A DNA stretch of 64,000 bases from Ranitomeya imitator (taxonomy: Eukaryota). The notes below the pieces were generated by a model, which did not search any database, was not told the DNA's origin, and saw only the letters and a program-made list of their open reading frames with translations. The first letter of the stretch is position 1, and the number at the start of each line of letters is the position of its first letter. Location of the stretch: positions 639,282,001 through 639,346,000 of the forward strand of contig NC_091286.1 in assembly GCF_032444005.1 (NCBI RefSeq), given 5' to 3'. The translations under genes and the position numbers were made by a program. Positions 34,048 through 47,655 of the stretch are shown here, piece after piece.

Positions 34048-35613
34048 CAGGCTCGGACTGGCCCACCGGGAAACCGGAGGATCCCCCGGTGGGCCCCTGA
34101 GTACGACAGTCTCTCTCTTCTCAGTATCCAAAAAATGCTCATGAACCTTTAAAAAACCTTGCACTTTTAAATGCAGAATGAATAATATATCTATAATGTT
34201 ATTTATAGCAAAAATATAATAGTAAAAAAAAATTACCAGCTCCACATGCCCAAATTTGTTCATAAAAGTAGATAATTAAAAGGGTTGTTCCATTTTAAAA
34301 ATTACTTCATAATCTCTGGGGTATTAAAAAAAAAAAAAAAGGTCAAAAGCAACTGAGTTTTAGGCTGTGTGCCCACGTTGCGTTCTTTATACGTTTTTGC
34401 CACAGCGTAAACACTTAAAAACGCATTCCCATGCAATCCTATGGGATTCCGCAGTTGTTGTACCCATGCTGCGGATTTTCTCACTCTGGAATCGCATAGC
34501 GGTAAAATCAGCAGCATGTTCATTATTTCTGCGGAATCGTGGCGATTCTGCCACCATAGGAGTGCATTGAAACGTTCACTTTACGCATGTGGCTATGCCC
34601 ACCATGCGTAAAGTGAGCGCTTCATGTGCGGATGGTACACAGGGTGGAGAAGAGGAGGCTCTCCTTCAGGCCCTTGGGAACCATATTCATGTAAAAAATA
34701 TATATACGTATCTTCTGATGGCCCCCCGGAGTCCTCCCACCTCTCAGCGGTGCACGTGGCGGCTTCCTTTCCCAGGGATGCATTGTGCAAATCACCTGGG
34801 ATGACGTTGCAGTCATGTGACCGTGACGTTACAAACGTCCTTCGCGCAAAGCATCCTTGGGAACGGAAAGTGCAGGGAGCGCCGCTGAGGATATCGGCGG
34901 CCTTCGGAAGGTGAGAATAACCATACCTGAATTGAGTCCTGGAGGTATGTCTTCTCCCCGGTGTCAACTGCCTCCTAAACGTCAATTATCTCCCTCTTGC
35001 GTCTGTGCGCCACCTCCTGTGTTCAAAATACATGCCCGGCGCCTGCGCTTTGCCAACATTACTCGCCTGATGTAAGTTCACGGGCAGCGCGCATGGTGCA
35101 TGCCTGAGAAATGTTGGCAGAGCGTAGGCGCCAGGCATGTATTTTGAACACAGGAGGCGGCGCACAGACAAAAGAGGGAGATAATTGACGTCTCAGAGGC
35201 ACCGGAGTAGAAGACATACCTCCAGGACTCAATACAGGTATGGCGCGAAATTTATAAAAGTGATTATTTCAGCATTCCTAGGGATACTAGACATAAGCGC
35301 CACCTTCACAGAATGCAGCCTTGGTGCTGCTGAAGGTGGCTCTTTTACTTAAAAACGCGGTGGGGGGTGACAGGTTCCCTTTAAATACAGTGATCAGGTC
35401 TTTGTTTTTTCCGTTAGAGTGTCTATCTTTTTAGCGAAAAAAAAATGTGCAGCATGTTGTACCTGTTCTTCTAATGAATATAATGAAACTTACTACTGAG
35501 CCTCCTAACAAATACTACAAAACAAAGGTGTACCTAGCCTGAGCATTGAAATTTAGAGTGGGCCCCTGGAGTCAGTTCCATTGGTGGGCCCTAGGCACCC
35601 CAGTCCGACACTG
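34048..35613. mobile_element. Non-autonomous hAT element
   Basis: TIRs CAGGCTCGGACTGG / CCAGTCCGACACTG, perfect 8-bp TSD CTCCACGC. It contains a palindrome at ~34925-35240. Confidence 0.88.
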
Positions 35614-36352
35614 CTCCACGCCCTCTGGTCTTAAGTTCAAAAGTCTGTCCGGGGGAACTAAACTCTCCCCCCTGCAGCACGGGTGGCAGCACCGATGGTT
35701 CCAGACTCGTTCTGAAAAAGGCACGACGCGGCCGTCTCTCCTCCTTACACATGCAGTCCACAGAAAGTCATGGACATGTAAACAGCTCCGTAGGCTTTAA
35801 TGGATACATGTTCTATCCCTGAATATCATGAAGAGAACATGTATGGATCCATGGATGTCTGAATGAGGCCTAATTTTCTTGTGGTTTTACAGCTAGATTT
35901 CTCAGCACTGTAACATCAGATTACGGCTGTTGTTATCATTTTTATTCTTATGCTATGATGCATACATCAGTAGCACTAATTCCTATGGTCAAATCATTCA
36001 GACAAGTTACCTTCTAAATGTATATATGGAATACAGATTTGTGCAAAACTGGTGAACAGCACTCAATAACTAACAGGCGCTCTGTGCCCATTGTCCTAAT
36101 TGTGACCAGTTTCAGGGATAGGCAGCTCCTAAGATGCCATGTAAGATAAAGGACATTGGTCTATTCAATAAATCACAATTATCGATCTGAACACTGGCAA
36201 TCTGGTGGGGCCTGGGGAAGGGTTAGCACATTATGAAACCCTTACTGGAGCACCATGAGAGGTAATCCCTCCCTGGCACTAACAGCGTACCGCCCATCTA
36301 TCCTGGACAGTTCTGAATTTGTGGATTTGTCCCTCTGTTTCTTTATCCTTAG

Positions 36353-36500
36353 GACACCAAAACAGTTGATAACAATTGGTGGATCAGGGAGATAAACAGA
36401 TCCTTGTTTCACTATTCTGTCCATGTAGAAACTGATTTCTTGCGAGGATCTTTCAGAATACGTGACAGGACAGAAGAATCAAGCTCAGTCATCAGAGCAG
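36353..36500 (+). CDS. Candidate internal coding exon of an unidentified host gene (148 nt, phase 0 to 1)
   Basis: Acceptor TTTGTCCCTCTGTTTCTTTATCCTTAG, donor CAG|GTATGT. Only one frame is open: DTKTVDNNWWIREINRSLFHYSVHVETDFLRGSFRIRDRTEESSSVIRA. The sequence looks non-repetitive. Confidence 0.4.
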
Positions 36501-36544
36501 GTATGTAGGTATGTGTGACTCAAGTTTTAAGAGGGCATCATACT

Positions 36545-37990
36545 CTGTGGGGTGTTGTGGGGGAATCATACTATGTGTGCGGGGGATGTGAGTGCAATGT
36601 ACTCTGCTGGGGGTCTGGGGGCATCATACTGCCAGTACATCATATATTATGGGGAAATCATAATGTGTGGTGGGCTGTAGAGGAATCATAATGTGGGAAG
36701 TTGTGGGGCATTATACTGCAGGTGGGAAATGTTGGGCCATTGTACTGTGTTGATGGGATTGTGGGAGCTTCTTGCTGTTTGAGTGGACATCTTATAGTGT
36801 GGAATCATTATAATGTGAGAAGCTGTGGGCATCATACTGTGTTTGGGTACCTTATTGGACATCATAGTGTGTGTGTGTTTATGTGTGTGCGGGGGGCTCT
36901 GAATATATTGTACTGTGTGTAGGTGCATCATACTGTGAGGGCATCATATATTATGATAGCATCATACTGTGTGGTGGGCTGTGGAGGAATAATAATGTGG
37001 GGAGCTGTGGGGAATCATACTGTGTGTTTGTGTGTGTGTTGGGGGGAGTGGTGTTGGGTCATCATACTGTGTGTGGGGGCATCATATATTGTGGGGAGCT
37101 GTGTGGCATTGTAGGAAGCTGTAGGGGCAACATACTGTAGGATGGGGCTGTTGGGGATCATAGTGTGTGAAGGAGACTATGAAGGCTTCATACTGTTTGT
37201 AGGGTCATCATACTGTGTGGTGGACTGTGGAGGAACCATAATGATGGGAGCCATGAGGAATCATTCTATGTGGGGGCTGTGAGGACATCATACTGTGTGT
37301 TTGTGTGTGTGTGTGTTGGGGGGAGTGGTGTAGGGTCATCATACTGTGTGGAGGGGAATCATATATTGTGGGGAGCTGTGTGGCATTATAGGAAGCTATA
37401 GGGGCATCATACTGTAGGATGGGGCTGTTGGGGATCATAGTGTGTGAAGGAGACTATGAAGGCTTCATACTGTTTGTAGGGTCATCACACTGTGTGGTGG
37501 ACTGTGGAGGAACCATAATGTTGGGAGCCATGAGGAATCATTCTTTGTGGGGGCTGTGAGGACATCATACTGTATGGTAGGGACTGTGGATGCATCATAC
37601 TGCATGCGGGTGTTGTGAAGGCATCATATTGTGTGGGATATCATACTGTGTAGAGAGGGCTGTGAGCATCATACTGCGTGGGGCTGTGTGCATCGTACTG
37701 TATTGGGAGATCTGTGAGGGCATTATACTATATGCGGAAGATATTGGGGGGTACATTATAAGATGGGCTGTAAGGGCATCATACTGGGTAGGTGGGCCGA
37801 GGGGTCATCATCTTGTGTGGAAAGACTGCGGACATCATACTCTATGAGGACATTATATTGTGTGGGGAGACAGTGGGGGATATTCTATTTAAAGGGCTGT
37901 AGAAGCCTCATACTGGGTACGGAGCTGTTGGGTTATTATAGTATGTAGAGAGCCCTGGCTAATCATCCAGTATGGTGAGCTGTGGGGCAT
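36545..37990. repeat. Degenerate G/T-rich minisatellite region (CATCATACTGTGTGGGG-type units)
   Basis: Recurrent CATCATACTG motif; one block near 37085-37290 is repeated near 37385-37580. Confidence 0.8.
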
Positions 37991-39058
37991 TATACTATGT
38001 GTACAAGTACTGGGGAAGACAAAGATCGATACCATACTGTGTGGGAACACTCATGAGCTTCAATAGGAGGAATATTTCATATAATGGATTGGGCAAGGTT
38101 AGGACAGCACTATAGGGTAAAGTAAAAATTGCTGCAGGATGCAACGTAAAGCACAGTATGTCTCCATCTTTTCTAACTTTAAAAGTTGAGAAGTTTGCTA
38201 ATATTGCCAGTCTATCATGACATAAATCCAAAAGTCCATTGCATATGGTTAACTGTGCAAGTTACAATAATTGTAGCAGTGCTAAGTTTGCGGAGAGAGC
38301 AGGGATGAGTTCATTATTTAGCATGATGAGCCCCAATGCCGTCATGTGTTGTCTTTTGGATTTAAGATGGACTACAGAAAAAATTTCTGTGCAAGAAGCC
38401 GTGTATATAACGCATTCAGCTCTTCTACAGAGCACTGTTCTACGAATTGGTTTGATGTCCTAGCGGGAAGTTGTGGCCTCTTCAAAAATGATATGAAATG
38501 TAATAGGCTGGCAGCAAGATGATGAGTCACATTAATGCTAGTGTTGCCTCAAAGTTATGAGGTCTTGCTGCTCAGTATGCATAATGTGCCAAAACTTCAA
38601 TTAGCATTGAGCAAGAAGTATTAAAAAATGAAACACCAGGGATTAGAGAGTGAAAGGCTCCGCTAGAGAGTAAGCAAGATTAGCAGAATTTAAAACAATG
38701 ATCCTTTGATTTTCATAAAATGCTCATCAGTTACCTTAATGCAAATCTTTAATCATTTCATGGTGTCATGGAGGAAATAGATCTGCGTTGCACTGTAGTC
38801 ATCGGAATACTTGCCAGGTGATGCCTTATTATCCGCTACCTTCATAGAAATTGTCAATGAGGAGTAAAGTTTGTCCAAGACTAGTAGGGAAGCTTCTTAA
38901 ATATGTCTGAACTTCATTTTCCATCTAGTAACATCCACGTATGATCACTTTTCCCCAATTCCCCCCACTCCCCACATAAAAATCAGACGAGAGTCAGCTA
39001 AACATGTTGATTTAGTTGGGAATGGTCGATCATCTGATTTGCATGAGTCACCTGTGGA

Positions 39059-41059
39059 CAGCGTCGGACTGGAGCACCTTGGGCCCACCAGAGAAAATCA
39101 TTCTTGGGGCCCACTATCTAGCTACATAGAAATAAATTCAAGACCATCAATTGTGTAGTAAAACACGCTAATATCAGGGCATAATATAAGGTAGTGCACA
39201 TCTTAATTATGAAGCAGGGGTTGGGGTAGCCCCCTCATAGAATATAATGTAGCCTCCCACAGAATATAATGCAGCCCCCCATAGAATATAATGCAGCTCC
39301 GTCATAGAATATAATGCAGCCCCCTTCATAGGGCATAATGCAGCTCCCCTCATATAGTATGATGTAGCCACTTTAGAGAATAATGCAGCCCCCACATATA
39401 ATATAATGCAGCCCCTCCACAGAATATAATGTAGCCCCCTCAGAGTATAATGCCAACCCCTCATAAGGTAGCCCCCCATAGAATATACTGTAGCCCCTCA
39501 TAGGGCATAATGCAGCTCCCCTTATATAGTATGATGTATCGCCCTCAGAGAATAATGCAGCCCCCCACAGAATTATAATGTAGCCCCTCATAGGGTATAA
39601 TGCAGCCCCCCTGGAAGGGTATAATGCAGCCCCCTCCACCATCATCATTGTTCTCCTCCTCCAACATTGTACTCATTACCACCTCCATCATTGCCTTCTC
39701 CCCCACCACCATTGTCCTTTCCACCACTACCATCTTTGTCCTTTCCACCACTACCATCTTTGTCCTTTACACCACAACCATCATTGCTTTCTTCCCCACC
39801 ACCATCATCATTGCCTCCCCCACCACCATCATTATCACTGCCTCCCCCACCACCACCAAAATCATTGCCTCCCCCACCACCATCATTGCTTCCCCACCAT
39901 CATCATCATTGCTTCCCCACCACCACCATTGCCCCCACCACCATCATCATCATCATCATTGCCCCCACCACCATCATCATTGCCTCCAGCACCATCATCA
40001 TTGCCCCCACCACCATCATCATTGCCTCCAGCACCATCATCATTGCCCCCACCACCATCATCATTACCTTCAGCACCATCATCATCATTGCTTCCCCCAC
40101 CACCATCATCATCATCATTGCCCCCACCACCATCATCATTGCCCCCGCCACCATCATCATTGCCTCCAGCACCATCATCATTGCCCCACCACCATCATCG
40201 CCTCCAGCACCATCATCATTGCCCCACCACCACCATCACTGCCTCCAGCACCATCATCATTGCCTCCAGCGCCATCATCATCATTGCCTCCCCCACACAC
40301 ACAGCTGCACACACAGAGGCAGGGACACACACGCAGGCAGGCAGAGATGCACATACAGACACACACAGGTACATACACACAGACACACACAGCTGCACAC
40401 AGGCAGGCACACACAGGCACACACACACAGCCGCACACACGCAGGCACACACACACGCAGGCACACACACGCACAGCACCCACTCACCTCTCCGTACGTT
40501 CCCAGCAGCCACAGCAACATTCCGGCAATTTTCTCTCTGAAATAGCCGCGCTGAATGATGACGTCATCCAGCCGCGCTGATTCAGACAGGAAGTGCCAGA
40601 CAGGAAGGAAGACGGCGTGGATCCCTGCAGCTCCACTCTGTTCCCAAGCTGCAGAGATCACAATCAAGGATCGCCGCCTTTTAGGGGCCCACCTCCGGGG
40701 CCCCCCATTCAGCAGCAGCGGTGGGCAGTGTTAGCCTCAGCCTGCGGCTAACGCTGCCCGCTGTTAAAGTGAAATGGTATTCACGCCTCTCCAAGCCCAT
40801 GGGGCCGTGGGGAAGCATGAATATTCATTTCTCTTTAGCAGCGGGGACAGGCTCCTGTCCATCTGCTGCTCTCTGGCACCAGGAGGGCCCCCTTTGACTC
40901 GGACCCTATAGCAGCTGGGTGTGCCACTATTAGTGACATTCCACTGGCTGGGGGGCACCTGGAGCAGTGGGAGCCCTAGACTGCTGCTGGCCAATATAGT
41001 TTCAGTGCCTGGGCCCACCGGAGAATCCTCCGGTTCTCCGATGGGCCAGTCCAACCCTG
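39059..41059. mobile_element. Non-autonomous hAT element carrying minisatellite, (CAT/CCA)n and (CA)n tracts
   Basis: TIRs CAGCGTCGGACTGG / CCAGTCCAACCCTG, 8-bp TSD CCTGTGGA/CCTGTGAA. Confidence 0.82.
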
Positions 41060-42188
41060 CCTGTGAAGAAGGATCAGACACTTGGAGTTTAATCACCAGA
41101 TCCTTTTGTTTTCAGCAGAGGTAAGCCACGATGGAAGCTGTCTTGCACTGCTTTTTTTTACTCTTCTGGTTGAAAACATATGAATGATTGGCTGTGCTGA
41201 GTGCCTATGTACTGTGTATGGAGAAGGCAGGACAGAAAGCTACCTGCTGAATTGATATTCAGCTGTTAGCTACCTCATGTGCATGACTGGACCATCATCA
41301 AGGAAATCCTTATTGGATTAGTTTTTGCATGGGATAATGTTACACACCTGTCCCGGGAATCATCGGCTCTGCTCCACTCACTTTTGTCCGCTGCCCTCTG
41401 TTGTGCTCCACTTTGAGCTTGGCAGTTTGCCCAGTTTGCCTTTGTGACATCATCTCCCTAAGCATTTTACGGCCCATTAAGACACACCTGTGTTTTAGGA
41501 TTGTGATTCAAGACTATAGTCTGGTTTACTCCAGCTACTGTGCACACTGTGCTAACCTTCTTCAAATCCCTGCTGACTTCCACTTCATCTGTCCTGCTGC
41601 TTATAAGATTTCTGAGTGTGCCACGTCCTTGCTCCTCACGTGTCACCCTGCCAGCTGCACCAACGCCGGGGTTCCATGAATCCACTTGGATCAAGGGCTT
41701 AGTAAGTCTCCTTCACAAGGTATGCCTCACAGGTAAGAACTGACAATATAAGTTGAGGGATATCTATCATGAATGAAGACCAGACCATGTCATTGTTTTG
41801 AGCCTTAGATGATGGCACCATCTGATATTTCCTTAAAGTTGGCCCTTGGAGAGAGTCCTTGTAACCCACTTAAATTTCCTGCTCTTAATGGGATTATTCT
41901 GGTAATAGGACCTGAAAGTAGAAGAGGCTTGTGTAAATGTGCTCCATTTCGGGGTGGATTTGTTGGCTTTTTTTGTGGATCTATATTGAGGTTTAAAATT
42001 ATCCCATTAATTGGTCTTCAAATGCTGGGGCTGTCGGTGTCACAAGATGTCCAGTGGCTTTCTAATGTTATATATACAATGTTGCTATTTTGAAATTTAA
42101 GAATGGCTAGGACATCATTTTTATGGGTTCTTGCTTCTTAAAATATGTCTCTGTTTGAAAGAACAATGTACTTGGTGCACTCTTCCAG

Positions 42189-42262
42189 TGTGGCCAACCC
42201 ACCCCCAAGATGCCAAGACCTTTTGGAAGTTCTCACCACAATTATGAGCTTGAACAAAACAG
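42189..42262 (+). CDS. Candidate small exon (74 nt)
   Basis: Acceptor TGCACTCTTCCAG, donor ACAG|GTGACT. Two frames are open (CGQPTPKMPRPFGSSHHNYELEQN and VANPPPRCQDLLEVLTTIMSLNKT). Confidence 0.22.
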
Positions 42263-42509
42263 GTGACTTATTCTAATCAGGATGGTAAACATACCTTCGA
42301 TATATAAAGGATATATCAGCACAGAGTCACCAGTATACCAACACAGGCAACCATCGGGGTTATAGACCTTGGACAATGCCTTTTCATTAGAATAGAACCC
42401 CAATGACATCACATAGTGTTCTGCTGCAGAATTCTGGGTCTTTCATCTTCTGAATTAACTTCTCCTGGCCATCGGTTGCATCTTCGGGCCTCAATTTCTC
42501 GGTGTCCTC

Positions 42510-42645
42510 AATGCTTAAAAATACAATCAGATACTTATCGGTCAGGCAATACCATCAGAGAGGCGTCTAATTGGCTCCAAATTTATTCTGCAACAGGACA
42601 ATGACCCCAAACATACGGCCAATGTCATTAACAACTATCCTCAGC
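42510..42645 (+). pseudogene. Tc1 transposase fragment
   Basis: Translates ...RRLIGSKFILQQDNDPKHTANVINNY. Confidence 0.8.
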
Positions 42646-43569
42646 ATTAAGGAAGTAAGTTTTAAGGCTGGTTTGTGGTGAAAATGCTGCAGAGAAATCA
42701 ATTTTAATTATTCTCCTCATTCTTATACATCTGATTTTAAAATGCATTTGATATATTTTATAGTGCTGACAGAAGTTTACCTCCGGGGCAATTACTGGCA
42801 TTTGTCTTCCAGATTGCTGATGTTTACCGCTTTGATGCAATGCTACGTGTCATGGTGGGATCAATAGATACAATAACATTGTGACTATTTCTCTACCGGT
42901 ATATGCTACCACAAATAAAATATTACATTAATCGATCTGGTGTCCTGCGATGTGTCCAACAGATCAGTGCAGTCAACGCTTATTAATATAGATTGTGATG
43001 ACAAACTGCTCTCATATTTTTTATATTAAACTGTGACCCTGGATCTCTGATCAATAATACTTATACTGGGCCCAATTATGGGAGAAGTGGTCATCAGTAA
43101 CTTTCCATAGAGTGGAGTGGACTATAAACGTACTGCCTACTCCCTTTACTATGATAAAAGGTCAAGGAAAGGAAATATGCTTTCAGAACAAATAACTTTT
43201 GTTTAAATCAATTTTTGAAAAACTTTTTATTAAAACTTTCTATGAAATCTTACTATTTTGTCTTTGGTCGCTAAGCTAAATGAATATGGACATTTTAGGA
43301 GGAATTTTCTTTTTTAAGCTTAATTCATGGGTACTCATGGACGAAAGTTTTGAGGTTGATTCACATTTTGGTTCTCACAACATTTACTCCTTCAGTAATT
43401 TAAGATCTTTTAGTTGGATGTTTCTCTGGTTACTGAAGTACAATTATCAAAATTTCATAATTTTTCTTTGCTTTAATTGACAAGTTCATCAAGTTTATGC
43501 AAAGACTAAAGATATACAGTGTTGTTGACCCTTATTTTTCAAAACTTCTGCCCTTCCCCCTGGCAGATG

Positions 43570-45318
43570 GATATCAACTTCAGGGCCAAATTCTGACTGA
43601 TGTTTTCCAATTCTTGTTTAATCCGTGCTTGGAGTTTATCACAATTTCTGTGTGTTGTGTCCACCAGCATTTTGAGGATTGACTATAAGTTCTCAATGGG
43701 ATTGAGATCTCTGGGCAGTTTTCTGGCCATGAGCCCAAAATGTCAATAAGGAAGCCTCTTTAAGATTGTTTGGGATATCTGTAAGAAGGATTGTCTGGAG
43801 AAGAAATAGGTGAGTGCTACATTGAGTCCTGTGTCATACTAACAGTAAGCCATCCTGAGACAATTCATGTGTGGGGGCTTTTCATTCATAAAGGGGGCTC
43901 ACTCACAATTTTGTGTAAGAACCCTGACATGAACATGGGAACTAAAAATTCTTCAAGATCAATGTCTCCCAATGATCCAGGAGTAGTCTGGTGATGAGCA
44001 ATACTTTTTCCTGCATGATTGAGACTATATGTGATGACTGTGGGTCACTGGCCGGGCTTACCCTGGATAAATGTAACTAAGTGACTACCTAGTCTTCACT
44101 AGAGCCTCTGATGGTAAGGTTAGGCATGAGGCGCTAGGGTAGTCACCAGGTGCTACTCCTGGACAGTCCCTGGACCTGCAGCAGCTAACCAGTGAGTCAA
44201 AAGCACAAAAAATGAGGCACAAAAAGGGCAAAGACAGAAAGCTGTTCAGACAGTCCGAGGACTGGCAGCATAGCTTCATAATACGAAGCCGGGGTCAGGA
44301 GCGGAGAGATCAGACTAAACAATCTGGGTCAATAGTTGAAGAGTCAAACAAAAATATACCTAGACAGGGATCTAGTGATGAACTGCAACTAGGACCTAAG
44401 CTCAAGCAAGGAGCTGAGGAAGGAGGTGTCTAATATGGCTGCTCTGGTTGGGGATAGGCCATGGAAGCAAAACTGCAGGACACAGTGGTTTTAAATTCCT
44501 GCAGAGTCTGGCCACGCCCCTCAACAGGAGAATGTAGCAGTGCTGAAAGTGCTTGCATGAGGCAGCTCAGTGAGATGGTCTGACACTTGGAGGAGCAGAA
44601 CGATGTACGCAGTAAGTAGGATAAGGCCGGGATCACACATGCGAGAAACACGTCCGTGTCTCGCATGTGAAATCCAAGCTCTGGCGCCGGCACTCCAGAG
44701 CGGAGCGTGCAACCGCATAACAACACATGGAGCCGCACGCTCCGCTCTGGAGTGCCGGCGCCAGAGCTTGGATTTCACATGCGAGACACGGACGTGTTTC
44801 TCACATGTGTGATCCCGGCCTGAAGCTAACAAACCGTGCAAGTCACCGGCATGCCACCATGTCACAAGGTAAAAGTGATAACTAAGTGGCTCAGTGAACA
44901 TAACATTGACATTTTGAGTCCATGACCAAGAAACTCCCAGGATCTCAATCTCATTGAGAGCTTTTGGTCAATCCTGAAATAGTGGGTGAACAAAAACACA
45001 AAAATTGTGATAAACTCCAAGCATTGGTTAGATAAGAATTGGCGGCCTTCAGACAGGATCTGGCCCAGAAGCTGATATCCAGATGCCAGAGTGTGAAGGT
45101 CAGAAGTCTTGAAAAATAAGGGACAGCGCTGTAAATATTGAGATTTTACATAAACTTGATGTATTTGTCAGTAAAAGTTTAAAAACTTATAAAATGCTTT
45201 TAATTGTATTTCATTAGCAAGAGAAACATCCGACTAAAAGATCTGAAAATATTGAAGCAGGAAACTTTGTGGAATAACCAAAATTTGTCTCAGTCTGAAA
45301 ACCTTTGGCCAGGACAGT
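43570..45318. mobile_element. Degenerate Tc1 remnants in both orientations, interrupted by an LTR-like insert (~44030-44866)
   Basis: GATCTCAATC(T/C)CATTGAGA (SPDLNPIE-like) on both strands and a right TIR-like end AAACCTTTGGCCAGGACAG-TA. The insert has TG...CA ends but no clear TSD. Confidence 0.55.
44625..44820. mobile_element. Fully palindromic Harbinger-type MITE (196 bp)
   Basis: 86-bp arms with one mismatch, 24-nt loop, flanks TAA/TGA. Confidence 0.9.
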
Positions 45319-45949
45319 ACATGCAAATATTCTCTGCGTTAAATGTGATCTGCTTTTATTTTTTAATTATGAACTGTATAGTGTTCTCCTGTGACCATTG
45401 CGAACTCGTGGCCAGAAATACAGCAAGATTCCAGAAAACAAAAACCCATTTTTTCTTAAATGTTTGTCTTTTTTGCATAACTATTGTGCCACAAAAATGT
45501 GTACATTTAAATACACCATTTAATAGGCAGCATTTAAAGGATGGAAACGGGTGATTTATGGCAGGAACATGTGGCAGTTCTGCTGATAGCTGTGATCTGT
45601 TCATCAGATACCAGTGAATGCTGAGCTAATGTATTAATAAAAACGTCTTGTAGAGCATAAATCCAGCGCTGAGGCAGATTTACTTCTCCTTCCTGCCCAG
45701 ATCGGGTATATATAGCCTGATATAAGTATACTAATACAGCAATTTAATCAGACATTTGGAAATAATTTTCTTTCTATTCAATTCTTTTCTAATGATTTGG
45801 GGTTTTGACACATTAGGAATTTGGGTTGTTAACAAAAGTTGCATAAGTTTTCTGATTTATTTTTAAAGTTTTGAGCGTATTTTGGTCTCTGAAACATAGA
45901 GGAGTGTTAATCAAAGAGTTCGGGCTTAACTTTCTTCTGCAATGCCATG

Positions 45950-46240
45950 CAGTGTGTCCAGCATATGGCCCCCAGTGTGTCCAGCATATGGCCCCCAGTG
46001 TGTCCAGCATATGGCCCCCAGTGTGTCCAGCATATTGCCCCCAGTGTGTCCAGCATATTGCCCCCAGTGTCTCCAGCATTCTGCCCCCAGTGTCTCCAGC
46101 ATATTGCCCCCAGTGTCTCCAGCATATTGCCCCCAGTGTCTCCAGCATATTGCCCCCAGTTTGTCCAGCATATTACCCCCGGTGTGTCCAGCATATTGCC
46201 CCCACTGTGTCCAGCATATTGCCCCCAGTGTCTCCAGCAT
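45950..46240. repeat. 22-bp minisatellite
   Basis: Unit CCCAGTGTGTCCAGCATATTGC. Confidence 0.95.
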
Positions 46241-47590
46241 ACTGGCCCGGACCCCCCGGATTGCCGTTCGCAATAAAAAAAAGTTCTCACCTGTCCGTGC
46301 TCCAACGGCGAAGCTCCCTCCAGCAGCGCGCACTCGCCGGCGATTGACAATGACATCAGACGCCAGCGACGTGCGCGCTTCGGCTGATGTCAGCTGCCAG
46401 CCTCTGATTGTTAACTATTGACGTGCGGGCGTGCGCCCATACATCAATAGCGTTTAACTGCCGCAGCGTCGGTAGGGGCCCGGTGAGCAGATGAGATGGG
46501 GCCCGATGCGGGCCTCCTCTGCCCACCGGGCCCATATGCCAGTCAGGGCAGTAATGCCCTGATGGCGGCAGGCAATCTGAGCCGTAGCGCAGGGCCCCCC
46601 ACACCGCTGGGACCTGGGCTACCGCCCAGATTTACTCTATTATAATCCGCCCCTGGCTGCAGTTGAATGATTTACAGTTACTAGCCAGCTTGATTACATG
46701 TGGTGATTCCCTAGCAACCAGGCAACCCCCACATGTACTCAGCCTGGCTAGTAGCTGTAAATAATTCAGCTGCAGCAATGAAAACTAAATCTCTGAACAC
46801 TTACAAATACTAGGAGACCACCCGAGTGTGCTCAGGAAAACCTGAGCAACGAGTATATTCGCTCATCACTAGTGTTAAGGCTTATGTACCCCAAGTATTG
46901 CTGCTCCATATAGGGTTTGGTGCCCCAACGTACCCCTGTATTCCTCCAGTTTTGTACTAAGACCTCAGAGATAAAGAAACTTTTAACAACTGGTTCCCTA
47001 TAAGTATGGAAACCACTTTATAACAGAAACCAACACTGAGGACGTAACCATAGGTAGAAAAATCCCTTCTATAGGACATGCCCATTGCACTCCAGCGGGG
47101 AACAAGGGGGGCAAAACTCCCCTATACTACAAACCTATAAATTCCAAAGAGCATACTGCCCCATATCAGATAAATGTGACATAATCGATTTTAGATATAA
47201 AATCAATAAACTTTATTGCACAAAAAATATATACAAAAAGGTAAAACATGTATTTGAGGATAAGGTGTATGACAATAAAGGACATTCACACTGGAATGCG
47301 CACATAACAAAGTACAGGCGCAACAATAACACCGTATAGAGTAAATACTAAATAATATAAAGCTGGGAGAAAGTGCAAAAAAGTGTGTGCACATATGCTG
47401 GATGGAGGCACCAGACAGAAGGGTTAATTAGAACACGTGACCCTAAAATAGGGATAAACCCTTCCATAACAGCACCCACCCATATTGCAACCTGCCCAGA
47501 TAAAGTTCCACAGTAAGAGTGTATCCCTAAACCATGCCTAATGCTTACCCATATGAGCAGACTCCCAGCGTGGAATGTCCTACCGATAGC

Positions 47591-47629
47591 CCCAACGTGC
47601 GTTTCGCGTATTTGGTGCTTCCTCGGGGG
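47591..47629 (-). ncRNA. Variant hammerhead motif (PLE type)
   Basis: CCC-CCGAGGA-A-GC-accaaauac-GC-GAAAC-GCAC-GUU-GGG; core position U4 reads C. Confidence 0.5.
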
Positions 47630-47655
47630 GCACACAGATTTTGACTTACCCATAC

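Noticed and set aside
39600-40667. Long His/Pro/Ile-rich ORFs (up to 326 aa)
   Set aside because: Translations of (CAT/CCA)n and (CA)n simple repeats inside a hAT element; open in many frames on both strands.
45813-46421. Overlapping 110-160 aa ORFs
   Set aside because: Products of the stop-poor 22-bp minisatellite.
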